From: Candidatus Woesearchaeota archaeon
Lineage (GTDB): Archaea; Nanobdellota; Nanobdellia; Woesearchaeales; UBA9989
Reading direction: 5' to 3'
Assembly: GCA_013329045.1 (NCBI GenBank)
Contig: DUKZ01000002.1
Coordinates: 30,662 to 94,661 of the forward strand
Length of the DNA stretch: 64,000 nt
Shown one piece after another: positions 21,249 to 29,217 of the stretch. The stretch's first letter is position 1. Each line of letters starts with the position of its first letter. Position numbers and translations under genes: made by a program. The notes beneath the pieces are model-generated. The model ran no database searches. It was not told where the DNA came from and saw nothing but the letters and a program-made list of their open reading frames with translations.

Positions 21249-21949
21249 TTATTGAGATGTTAGTGTATCCATGGACAAAAGAGGATTGATAACAGTTTCC
21301 ATCCATGCACCTTCATTCGCCCGGGCTCTCTCTCTGTTGCTCATAAATGTTTCACCCATCGAGTGGACATATTCTGGCGTGAGCTCAATGATACTATCGA
21401 AAGAAACAGCCTGCCACACAGCATTTGTTGCAAAGCCTTCTCTGGATGCTTGGGACATGAAAAGGTGGCGCAGGAAAAACCCGAGAGAATATGTTTCCTG
21501 CCTTGCTATTTGTTGATAATGATCTGTCGTTTCCTTATCAGCCCCAACCCTGCTCACAACGAATACTTCCGGGACCTGCCAACCCAATCCATGACTTCTT
21601 GATAAACACCAGGTCCAGGCGGTGAGATGTAATGGTCCCGGACAAACTGCTCCAGAGTGAGTCCAACAAAGCATCCATGAGCATCATGCGCTTTAATGAG
21701 TGTTCCGGCAATCTGTTCTGTTTCACAATGGCCAGTCCGGGCAACATACCAATGCAGATCATCAAGCACACCTTCAGGGATGATATGTCCTGAAAGTCCC
21801 ATCCTCTCAAATAGTTGGTCACACCGAACTGTCAGGTTTGTTTGATATGCACCTGTTGAATCGTTCGAATCATTCCTGATAGGGTTAGCATCTTTGCGCT
21901 GGCCGGCTCCTGAATAAACCGGGCCTTTAGTTGGATCTATATCAATCAT
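21249..21949 (-). pseudogene. Probable single gene split by a frameshift (two overlapping ORFs 21554-21949 and 21249-21674)
   Basis: Two same-strand ORFs in different frames overlapping by 120 nt; combined length about 230 aa; product unknown. Confidence 0.35.
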
Positions 21950-22197
21950 CTGGAAAGGGTATCAGGCGGAGTATAAGAATTTTTCTTAATTTACTATCTA
22001 TAAGGAGTTAAAATTGACCTCATGCCAGCAACACGAGGGATATATCTTTATCCGGAATGATGGTAACAATACTTGTTGTCAAAGACAGCTTATCATGCTT
22101 TCCAAAACCAATCAAAACAAGAGAATGAGAAACAAAGCACTCAAAACAACAGCTACCACAACCTATATATACTAGAAATACCTAAAAGTTTCTGCCA

Positions 22198-22677
22198 ATG
22201 CAAAAAGCCTTTAAGGATACTCCCTTAGTTGAGATATCACTTCGCAAGTATGAGCGGCCTGAAGGGCTGGAAGGAAGGGAGTTAGTAAAAAAACTATGTC
22301 TCTCTGTTGGTCTGCTCCAGCCAGGCGATTCCAGAGATGTTGTCGTTGATGTGCTCCATTCTCTTCTCATTGCAAGGCGCCAGCACCTCTTATTGTCATC
22401 AGAAGAGATAAAAGATAGGGTGATCAAGCTTCGGGAACAAAGCAATCTTCCTATGGTAGGGATTGCATCGTCAAACATCAGAAGACAGCTTTTGCGCCTC
22501 AGGAATATCTTCCTTGTGGAGAAAGTAAAGAATAATTACAGGATCAACGAGCATGCAACGCTAGGAGAGATATTCAATGAGAAGATCGAGAAATTCCTCC
22601 TCCCTTCTATTCTTGCAAGGGTAAAAGAGTATCTCTCAACGGTTGATAAAGAGTTTTCTGACATGACAAAAGGGTAG
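22198..22677 (+). CDS. Hypothetical protein, possible winged-helix regulator (159 aa)
   Basis: Leaderless-like start 22 bp after CCTATATATACT TATA-like element; helical with basic wing-like C-terminal segment; converges on the GlnD-like gene with 1-nt gap. Confidence 0.35.
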   Translation: MQKAFKDTPLVEISLRKYERPEGLEGRELVKKLCLSVGLLQPGDSRDVVVDVLHSLLIARRQHLLLSSEEIKDRVIKLREQSNLPMVGIASSNIRRQLLRLRNIFLVEKVKNNYRINEHATLGEIFNEKIEKFLLPSILARVKEYLSTVDKEFSDMTKG

Positions 22678-22678
22678 T

Positions 22679-25402
22679 TTAGCGCTCCCGCTTCCCTTCA
22701 AGTATTCGTTCTAATCCATGAATCTGCGCAGAAGAAAGCTTCTCGCCCTTATAGCTGATGAGGAACGTATCAGAGACGCTATTGCCATGATATGTTGTAA
22801 AGCTTGCCTCTTCGATTGAATGGTTTTTTCCCCGTTGTGAGAGCAGGTGCACAAGCGACAAAGCAAGCCCGCGTTGGTCTTTTCCTTTGACGACAACGAC
22901 AGTGTAGGGCAGCTCATCGTAATTCTTGACTGAATAGTTGGTGATGGGAAAGCGCGGCATTTCCTCATCATTTTCTCTGAAATATGCATCGACTGATGAT
23001 GCTCCAGAGATCGCATGATAGCGTTGATTCGTTCGGGCAACCAGATCATCCGAAATCACCCCGTCAGGATGGGACACCAAAAACTGGTCGATCACAAGAG
23101 TTTTTCCATCGAATTTTCCGGTGAATGCATTCGCATTGTCGACGTCAAAGCCTTCAAGGTAGAGGGAAGCGAGCAGTTGTTCGAGGAGGCCATGGCGGTC
23201 TCCTTCCTCAATGAGTGTCATAAATTGACGGTCTGACGTTGATGTTGACTTGAAGATGATAGGAGAGGTGTACGCTTGGGCGTGTTTGAGGTGTGCAGCG
23301 ATAGTGGTGTTGGATAAAGAAAGGATGTATTCATCTCCCATCTGTTCACAGAAGGATTGCGCGGCTGCCTCATCAACCCCAGCCATCCTTCCGATAGTTG
23401 TGTGCCGTCGTGTAATGTCAGGTGCAGGCACGCCGGCGCCAAAGGCTTCCTGGATAAAATTATAATGCCGCGAAAATTTTCGTTGCATCTCGACATTGAG
23501 CCCTTCTATCCCATGAGCATTCTCCCAGCAAAAGTGCATGATGAGCCCATCAGTGATCCTTATCTCATCATTCCCAAACTCTGCCATGAGGCGTCTTGCA
23601 ATGTCCCAGGTAGGATCTGGGAATTCTGTGAGATATCGTTTGATGATGTTGTGGTCTGCATCAGTCTGTTCAACACGGGCAATGATATCATCAGGAAGTC
23701 CTAGTGCACCAAGGTCCTGTCTTGCAAGCGCTGCTCCTCTCTCTTCATGCCCTGCAAGGCCAAGATGGAGCGATGCATTCCGGTAGATGGTCGATAACGC
23801 TCCAACAAGCATCGTCTCTGGGGGGATGAATGATTCCGCGCCAAGCACTTTTTGAGCTGCAGTGTCAAGATATTCCAAGGAATCAAGGGCAAACTCTCCA
23901 ATCGTTCTTCCTCCATCGCCAAGGTAGGGTGAATCAAAGGATGCCTCAACGCCAGGGAAAAGATATGCAAGCATCGGTGTTCCATTATCTGATCTGCTGG
24001 AATGCAATGTCCGGACCATTCGAACAAATTGTGCTGGATCCTGAGCTGCTTCAAGCAGGTGATTCAGGCGGACTTTTCCTGGAACATGCAGGGAATCGAT
24101 GACCAAAACTGTATCTCCAAGCTGTGCTGATTCTCTTAGGGGATAAAGAAAGCTTCGTGTTCTGAGTGTCATCCCCCCATCTGGAGGGATCGGACAGATA
24201 AAAGAGCCGCCTTTGCTGTCAGGGAGAAATGTCCCTCGCGAGGTTATGCCATCAATAGTCGATGTAGTATATGCTTGGATGGTCCGCGCAAGTTCGATCA
24301 CATGATCAGCAAGGGACCGATGCGAAGGAAATCCAAGTTCCCGTGCTCTCTGAGATCCGATAGGCCCTTCATTCCCAAGCAGTGCAAGGTCAGTGTCCAG
24401 GCTCCTGAGCAGTACGGCTGCATGATAAGCTCTCTCTTTGAGGGGAGAAGGGAGAAGGGGAGGATTTCCAATCAGGTGATCAATGATTTCCAGGTCAGAA
24501 ACAAGAGTGTATGCTTTTGATCCCCACCTGCTTTTTTTATATTCACCGCAAAGCGGGTCGTAAAGCAGATCCTGGGGTGCTTCTGAGGAATTGCCTGAAA
24601 TGTTTCTGAGAAGATTGACAAGTTGGAAATGGTGTGCGATAAGTTTCATGAGCTCAAAGCGGTTTCGTGACGACTCTTCAGGTGAGGCAAGGGGAACACC
24701 ATGCGATGTTGCAAGCTCGCAGAGCATCTCAAATTTGCTCTGTTCGAGTGCTGCATATCCTCTGGCAAGACCTGCCATGCTTTCATTGCCCGCCATCCCG
24801 CCTCTTCTCTGATGCTGGGACCCATCATCATGGAGTGCTGAGATTGCATGATAACTAGGAGTCCATCCATGATAGGTGGTCACATCAGATGGAGAAATAA
24901 AAGAGAATGGGTGGTGGTTGACATCACTGTGCTGGACAACCCTTCGCACACGCTCGCCGCCCTCCTTGAAGAAATCTAGAAAGTATCGAAAGTCTTTGTA
25001 GGGTGATGCTGTCTCCAGGCACTCAAAGATTGGCCCGGGCATCACAACGACTATATCTGCATCAGAGACAAGTGTTCCAATGTTTCTAGACAAGCTCCCT
25101 CCAATGCCCATATACATCCCATTGAACTCATCAGGTGATGCCCTGCCTGCAAGCAGGAATTCCATGATTGATCCAAGGATGTCCCGGGTCATGCTATACA
25201 TGCCAGCAGAGAGCGTGATGAGCGGTTCGGGAGAAAATGGATTATTCGAGCGTGCGTTGGTGTATTGCTGGCTCAGATGGGAAAAACGTTCTTGACCCTT
25301 TTCCCAGAGCGACTGTGCAAAACCCGCGGCAAAGTCATCGACGCCAAGCATCTCTTGCCAGGTCTTCCTTCTGTTCCCCTCAACTGGTCCAGTTTCACTC
25401 AT
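22679..25402 (-). CDS. GlnD-like multidomain protein: nucleotidyltransferase - degenerate HD-like - ACT - ACT (907 aa)
   Basis: NTase motif GIGGSLSRNIGTLVSDADIVVV (G[GS]x9-13DxD); two C-terminal ACT-like beta-alpha-beta-beta-alpha-beta units (AFTGKFDGKTLVIDQFLVSH..., TVVVVKGKDQRGLALSLVHLLS...); central LHLGLAGHEERGAALARQDLGALGL resembles GlnD HD region but HD dyad is replaced. Confidence 0.45.
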   Translation of the reverse strand: MSETGPVEGNRRKTWQEMLGVDDFAAGFAQSLWEKGQERFSHLSQQYTNARSNNPFSPEPLITLSAGMYSMTRDILGSIMEFLLAGRASPDEFNGMYMGIGGSLSRNIGTLVSDADIVVVMPGPIFECLETASPYKDFRYFLDFFKEGGERVRRVVQHSDVNHHPFSFISPSDVTTYHGWTPSYHAISALHDDGSQHQRRGGMAGNESMAGLARGYAALEQSKFEMLCELATSHGVPLASPEESSRNRFELMKLIAHHFQLVNLLRNISGNSSEAPQDLLYDPLCGEYKKSRWGSKAYTLVSDLEIIDHLIGNPPLLPSPLKERAYHAAVLLRSLDTDLALLGNEGPIGSQRARELGFPSHRSLADHVIELARTIQAYTTSTIDGITSRGTFLPDSKGGSFICPIPPDGGMTLRTRSFLYPLRESAQLGDTVLVIDSLHVPGKVRLNHLLEAAQDPAQFVRMVRTLHSSRSDNGTPMLAYLFPGVEASFDSPYLGDGGRTIGEFALDSLEYLDTAAQKVLGAESFIPPETMLVGALSTIYRNASLHLGLAGHEERGAALARQDLGALGLPDDIIARVEQTDADHNIIKRYLTEFPDPTWDIARRLMAEFGNDEIRITDGLIMHFCWENAHGIEGLNVEMQRKFSRHYNFIQEAFGAGVPAPDITRRHTTIGRMAGVDEAAAQSFCEQMGDEYILSLSNTTIAAHLKHAQAYTSPIIFKSTSTSDRQFMTLIEEGDRHGLLEQLLASLYLEGFDVDNANAFTGKFDGKTLVIDQFLVSHPDGVISDDLVARTNQRYHAISGASSVDAYFRENDEEMPRFPITNYSVKNYDELPYTVVVVKGKDQRGLALSLVHLLSQRGKNHSIEEASFTTYHGNSVSDTFLISYKGEKLSSAQIHGLERILEGKRER

Positions 25403-25669
25403 AGGGGAGGGAGAGAAGAAGACAATTATAAAACTTTATCAAGAAATAATGAACAAACGTTCAATTTTCGTAATATTTTTAGATAAAATGTGTTTATGAA
25501 TTAAAAAAAACCCCTTTTAACTAAACAAAAAGATGGCACTCGCGGTGAAGATAAAGACGTGTTCTATTCAATAATTTCAGAGGCTAACGAGGGGGGCAAT
25601 TTTAACTAAACGAAATTAAACGAAAACGATGAGGAGAGGGAGCGACGAAAACAAAACATTTAAATATTA

Positions 25670-25720
25670 AAGTGAATAACATTATTCATTAAGTGAATAA
25701 AGAAAATAGTAAGTGAACAA
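25670..25720 (+). promoter_or_regulatory. Three phased direct repeats AAGTGAAYAA immediately upstream of the wHTH-MNT gene
   Basis: Copies at 25670-25679, 25691-25700, 25711-25720 (spacing 21 and 20 bp), last copy 6 nt before ATG 25726; also TTTTAACTAAAC repeated at about 25518 and 25601. Confidence 0.35.
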
Positions 25721-25725
25721 ATAAA

Positions 25726-26349
25726 ATGAGACAAAAAACACTACTAAAGATTATTGGGTTAATGAGGAAAGGATTGGGCAAAGGACTGACAATATTAGAA
25801 ATATCAAAACAGCTAAAAATTGGGTATAGACCGGCATATAACCATATAACTGAAATGGAAAAAGAGGGAATTATTGAAATAGAAAAAATAGGCAGTTCTA
25901 AACAATGTAAACTCAATCTTGCTAGTCCTCAAACTAGACATTTACTCGAATCTTTAGATCTTACAAGAAAAAAAGAAATATATCAGCAGAATCCAAAATT
26001 AAAAACAGTTATTGAAAGTTTAATCTCTAAGCTTACAGAAAAATTTATCTCAGAGGTACACTCCATAGTCTTATTTGGAAGCTATGCAAAAGGCACAGCA
26101 ACAAAACAATCTGATATTGATTTAATGTTTATAGTATGTGATTTAAAGAATAAGAACATAAGAGGATCTATAGAGCGAGAATGTGCAAGTTATGAATACT
26201 CATACAACATCAGAGTAAGCCCATTAATCTCAGATATTGGAGAATTGAAGAACATGTTAAAGGCAAAAGAATTAAATGTGGGAAAAGAAGCTAAGGAATA
26301 TGGCATTTCCCTATATGGTCATGAGATGTTTTGGAGGATTATCACATGA
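25726..26349 (+). CDS. wHTH-fused minimal nucleotidyltransferase (MNT-type antitoxin-like)
   Basis: N-terminal wHTH (LTILEISKQLKIGYRPAYNHITEMEKEGII); NTase motif LFGSYAKGTATKQSDIDLMFIV (GS...DxD). Confidence 0.7.
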   Translation: MRQKTLLKIIGLMRKGLGKGLTILEISKQLKIGYRPAYNHITEMEKEGIIEIEKIGSSKQCKLNLASPQTRHLLESLDLTRKKEIYQQNPKLKTVIESLISKLTEKFISEVHSIVLFGSYAKGTATKQSDIDLMFIVCDLKNKNIRGSIERECASYEYSYNIRVSPLISDIGELKNMLKAKELNVGKEAKEYGISLYGHEMFWRIIT

Positions 26350-26888
26350 AAGATAGAAATGAACTCCTAAAAAGAAAGATAAATGGATATCTGAAGAAAG
26401 AGCAGTTTTTCAAAAATGATGAGCATAAAAAGCAAGAAAAGCCATTTATAGCGAAATCTAGAAAGAATTTTACTGTTGCTAAACTCCTCTTTAAGATTTC
26501 AGAAGAAGAAGACATGAGACGAATTCTTAACCTCGCTTCTGGTTTCGAAATGGATGATTGGGCGATTATAGTTTCATATTATTCAATGTACACTTCCAGC
26601 TTATCTGCATTAGCAAATCTTGGCTTTAAGTCAAAAAGCCATGCGGCAACAATTGCAGTTTTAGAGTATAACTTTGCCAAAGACAAAAAGCTCGAAACAA
26701 AGGATATTCATAAGCTTGTAAAAGCATGTGCCTTAAGTGAACAGTTGATAACAAAACTTATCCAGACAAAAACAAAGAGAGAAACTGCTCAATATGATGC
26801 CACTTCCTCAATCACAAGAGAAATGGCTAAATCTTCATTAGATGATGCTGATGAGTTCATAACCAAAATTGAGGAGATGTTAAGTTAG
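26331..26888 (+). CDS. HEPN-domain protein (putative toxin partner of MNT)
   Basis: Overlaps MNT gene end by 19 nt; helical; typical HEPN/MNT gene pairing; candidate Rx4-6H-like region around KSKSHAATI. Confidence 0.5.
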   Translation: MEDYHMKDRNELLKRKINGYLKKEQFFKNDEHKKQEKPFIAKSRKNFTVAKLLFKISEEEDMRRILNLASGFEMDDWAIIVSYYSMYTSSLSALANLGFKSKSHAATIAVLEYNFAKDKKLETKDIHKLVKACALSEQLITKLIQTKTKRETAQYDATSSITREMAKSSLDDADEFITKIEEMLS

Positions 26889-26972
26889 AAAGGAAAATAA
26901 AGGAATATCTTTCTGAAACAGATGAAGGAGACCTTTTTGAAACAGAAAAGCAGTTTTTCCAGCAGCGCAAGA

Positions 26973-27449
26973 TCAAGAAACCCTGATCGTGTCGTTTTTT
27001 ATGGTGTTAAGGATAATTTTTGTGTTAGTCCGGTGGATAAAATCATACGTTTGCACTATCTTGAGGAAGTCATCCATCTTTCTTCTTGTCTTGAAACGTG
27101 CAAGGACTACAGCATCAAAATTGCCTGTAACATCGTACACCGCAAGAACATTGGGGTGTTTTGCAATCTTCTTCTCTACTTCTAGAAGTTTTCCCTTTTC
27201 AACCTGAATGTCAATCATGATCTCAAATTCATATCCCATTTTTTCAAAATTGACCCTGGTAGTATATTTTTGGATAATGCCTGCGTTTTCCATCTGCTTC
27301 ATATGAGCAACAACAGTAGCGGTCGAAATCTTTAATGTCTTGGCAATGACCCGTGCGCTCTGTCGAGAGTCATTGATGAGCTGGTTCAGAATATTTACGT
27401 TGAGATCCGTAATAGTCCCACGTGAATGATTGATAACTTTTTGCCCCAT
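26973..27449 (-). CDS. Lrp/AsnC family transcriptional regulator
   Basis: N-terminal HTH (LDVNILNQLINDSRQSARVIAKTLKISTATVVAHMKQMENAGIIQKY) plus C-terminal RAM domain pattern. Confidence 0.8.
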   Translation of the reverse strand: MGQKVINHSRGTITDLNVNILNQLINDSRQSARVIAKTLKISTATVVAHMKQMENAGIIQKYTTRVNFEKMGYEFEIMIDIQVEKGKLLEVEKKIAKHPNVLAVYDVTGNFDAVVLARFKTRRKMDDFLKIVQTYDFIHRTNTKIILNTIKNDTIRVS

Positions 27450-27554
27450 GAGCGATGCAGGATTATCTATTTGTATATTAATCTATCTAAAATTGATCAA
27501 ATAGCCAATTTTTTTCCTATTTATTATATTAACAAATATTCATTTCTGTATTGT

Positions 27555-27887
27555 ATGATGACCGAAGAAATAGCAGCAAGTCCTTTCAGTGGACAAGAGT
27601 GGGACGCAGCAGTGGCAAGATTTATGGGAAGCAGGGTCACCCGGGCAAACCTTGACAGGATTCTTGGGCCGGTAAAAGGTGAGCTTTCATGCTTGCAGAA
27701 TGGGCATGGAGAAGAGGCAAATCGCTACCTGAGAGGGCTTGTCTACCAGGATTATGTGACAGCAAAAGCAGCTGGAGTGATCCTTGCAGGTTATGGTGTT
27801 TCTCACGCCATTGATCTTGTCGATGCATTAAAAAGAACAGAAGAGGATATCATGCAGAGTATTTATTGCGGTGCAAGAGTCTCATAA
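27555..27887 (+). CDS. Hypothetical protein (about 110 aa)
   Basis: Start MMTEE after AT-rich divergent promoter; upstream part of the listed ORF is AT-rich non-coding-looking sequence. Confidence 0.35.
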   Translation: MMTEEIAASPFSGQEWDAAVARFMGSRVTRANLDRILGPVKGELSCLQNGHGEEANRYLRGLVYQDYVTAKAAGVILAGYGVSHAIDLVDALKRTEEDIMQSIYCGARVS

Positions 27888-27893
27888 AGAAGA

Positions 27894-28559
27894 TCACAGC
27901 GCAGTAACTTTAATCTCCCTCTTCGTTTTCGCCAAAAGCTTATGCACGATATGCAGCGGTTCTGGGAGTTTATGCACCGTTAGATACCGATCAAACAGCA
28001 TTTTTGCATCAAGAGGGGATATTTTATGGCCAGGGCTGACATACAGCGGATTTGCGTGTTCTTTTGTTGTTATTTTGTGTCCGAGAAGATTCCCGCCAAG
28101 AAGGATTCTGTCTTCATGGATGATACCGCAGAGCAGCTCTTTTGAGACGCCGATGGTGGCAATATCGGCCATCAGCCCGAAATGGGACGCAATCCCGAAG
28201 CGCCGTGGATGAAGGATCCCCTCGCCCCTGACAAAAAAGATATCAGGCCTCGATTCAAGCTGGTGGAATGCTTCGGCAACGCAGGGTAAAAAACGGTAGG
28301 AAGAATAGTCCCGAAGGTAAGGAATGGGAGTGTCCATCATCGCATGCTTTACTTCCTTTGTTTTCATCGTCTCAGCATCAAAGATGCCAATCACGGCAAA
28401 GACAGTGTTTTCTGATGCTGCATAATCGACGGCGCCAATGAGTGAGATCTCATGGAGAGGTATGCTAAGATCGATGAGCGTTGCGAGCTCTTCTTGCTCT
28501 TTTTTGCATTTTTCTGTGTTTAGCATTGCACCCTTTTCTAAAATAAATGTGTTAACCAA
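27894..28559 (-). CDS. nfi: Endonuclease V (deoxyinosine 3' endonuclease)
   Basis: IGAVDYAASEN (metal-binding D), FFVRGEGILHPRRFGIASHFGL matching EndoV LLVDGxGxxHPRRxGxAxHxG block; true start may be the second Met (28526). Confidence 0.8.
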   Translation of the reverse strand: MVNTFILEKGAMLNTEKCKKEQEELATLIDLSIPLHEISLIGAVDYAASENTVFAVIGIFDAETMKTKEVKHAMMDTPIPYLRDYSSYRFLPCVAEAFHQLESRPDIFFVRGEGILHPRRFGIASHFGLMADIATIGVSKELLCGIIHEDRILLGGNLLGHKITTKEHANPLYVSPGHKISPLDAKMLFDRYLTVHKLPEPLHIVHKLLAKTKREIKVTAL

Positions 28560-28716
28560 TATGTTATCATTCTAGAGTGATTAATATTTTATAAACTTTT
28601 CGTTGAATAAGGGGAATATTGAGCCCTTGCCCAGGCAAACAGGACGCTTCAAACACCCCATCTTTACTTCCACAATCTTTTTATACGGCTCCCCCACCCC
28701 AAAGGCTGGTGATACT

Positions 28717-29148
28717 ATGACTATCGTTGGATTTGGATTTACCACTATTCACGTGGAAAAGAAAGGCAACCCCAAAGGGAAGGTTGACATATCAAACAAT
28801 GTGAGGATTCTGAGCATCCAGAAAAAAGACATGTCCTGGTCTCGTGATGACCAAGAAGGCCTCGTGTTTGCATTCGAGTTCATTTCCGGTTATGAGCCAA
28901 ACATGGGCATCATCAAGCTGGAAGGTGAAGTGCTCTATCTGATCGACAAGGCAAAGGCAAAGAAGGTTATTGATGAGTGGGCAAAGGACAAGAAGATCTC
29001 TCCAGAGATCACTGAGAATGTGCTCAATACGGTCCTCACAAAGTGCAATATTGAAGCGTTGATTCTCTCTCAGCAAATCAACCTCCCACCCCCAATCCCG
29101 CTGCCAAAGGTGGCGCATAAGGTAGAGCCGGCAGTGAAAAAGAAGTGA
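28717..29148 (+). CDS. Hypothetical protein (143 aa) immediately upstream of VAT
   Basis: GGTGATACT-ATG SD context; K-rich beta-like N-terminus, C-terminal Pro-rich tail; followed by T-rich terminator. Confidence 0.4.
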   Translation: MTIVGFGFTTIHVEKKGNPKGKVDISNNVRILSIQKKDMSWSRDDQEGLVFAFEFISGYEPNMGIIKLEGEVLYLIDKAKAKKVIDEWAKDKKISPEITENVLNTVLTKCNIEALILSQQINLPPPIPLPKVAHKVEPAVKKK

Positions 29149-29217
29149 ACCGCAATGTTTTTAAACCCCCTTTCATTCTTTTTTTTATCCGGTTTCTAGA
29201 GGCGTGTAGAGGTATGT

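Noticed and set aside
21115-21306. 63-aa minus-strand ORF between the Nudix and frameshifted genes
   Set aside because: Overlaps the better-supported promoter and small-uORF interpretation; odd composition; no start context.
22711-25486. Many 60-120-aa ORFs on the plus strand inside the 907-aa GlnD-like gene
   Set aside because: Fully nested antisense to a long motif-bearing ORF; no SD or promoter; typical shadow ORFs.
25620-25640. C/D-box sRNA in the 25403-25725 intergenic region (CGATGAGG resembling a C box)
   Set aside because: No matching D box (CUGA) or C'/D' pair at appropriate spacing.
27490-27515. Palindrome TTGATCAA in the Lrp divergent promoter as an Lrp box
   Set aside because: Only 8 bp; too short and too common in AT-rich DNA to support by itself.
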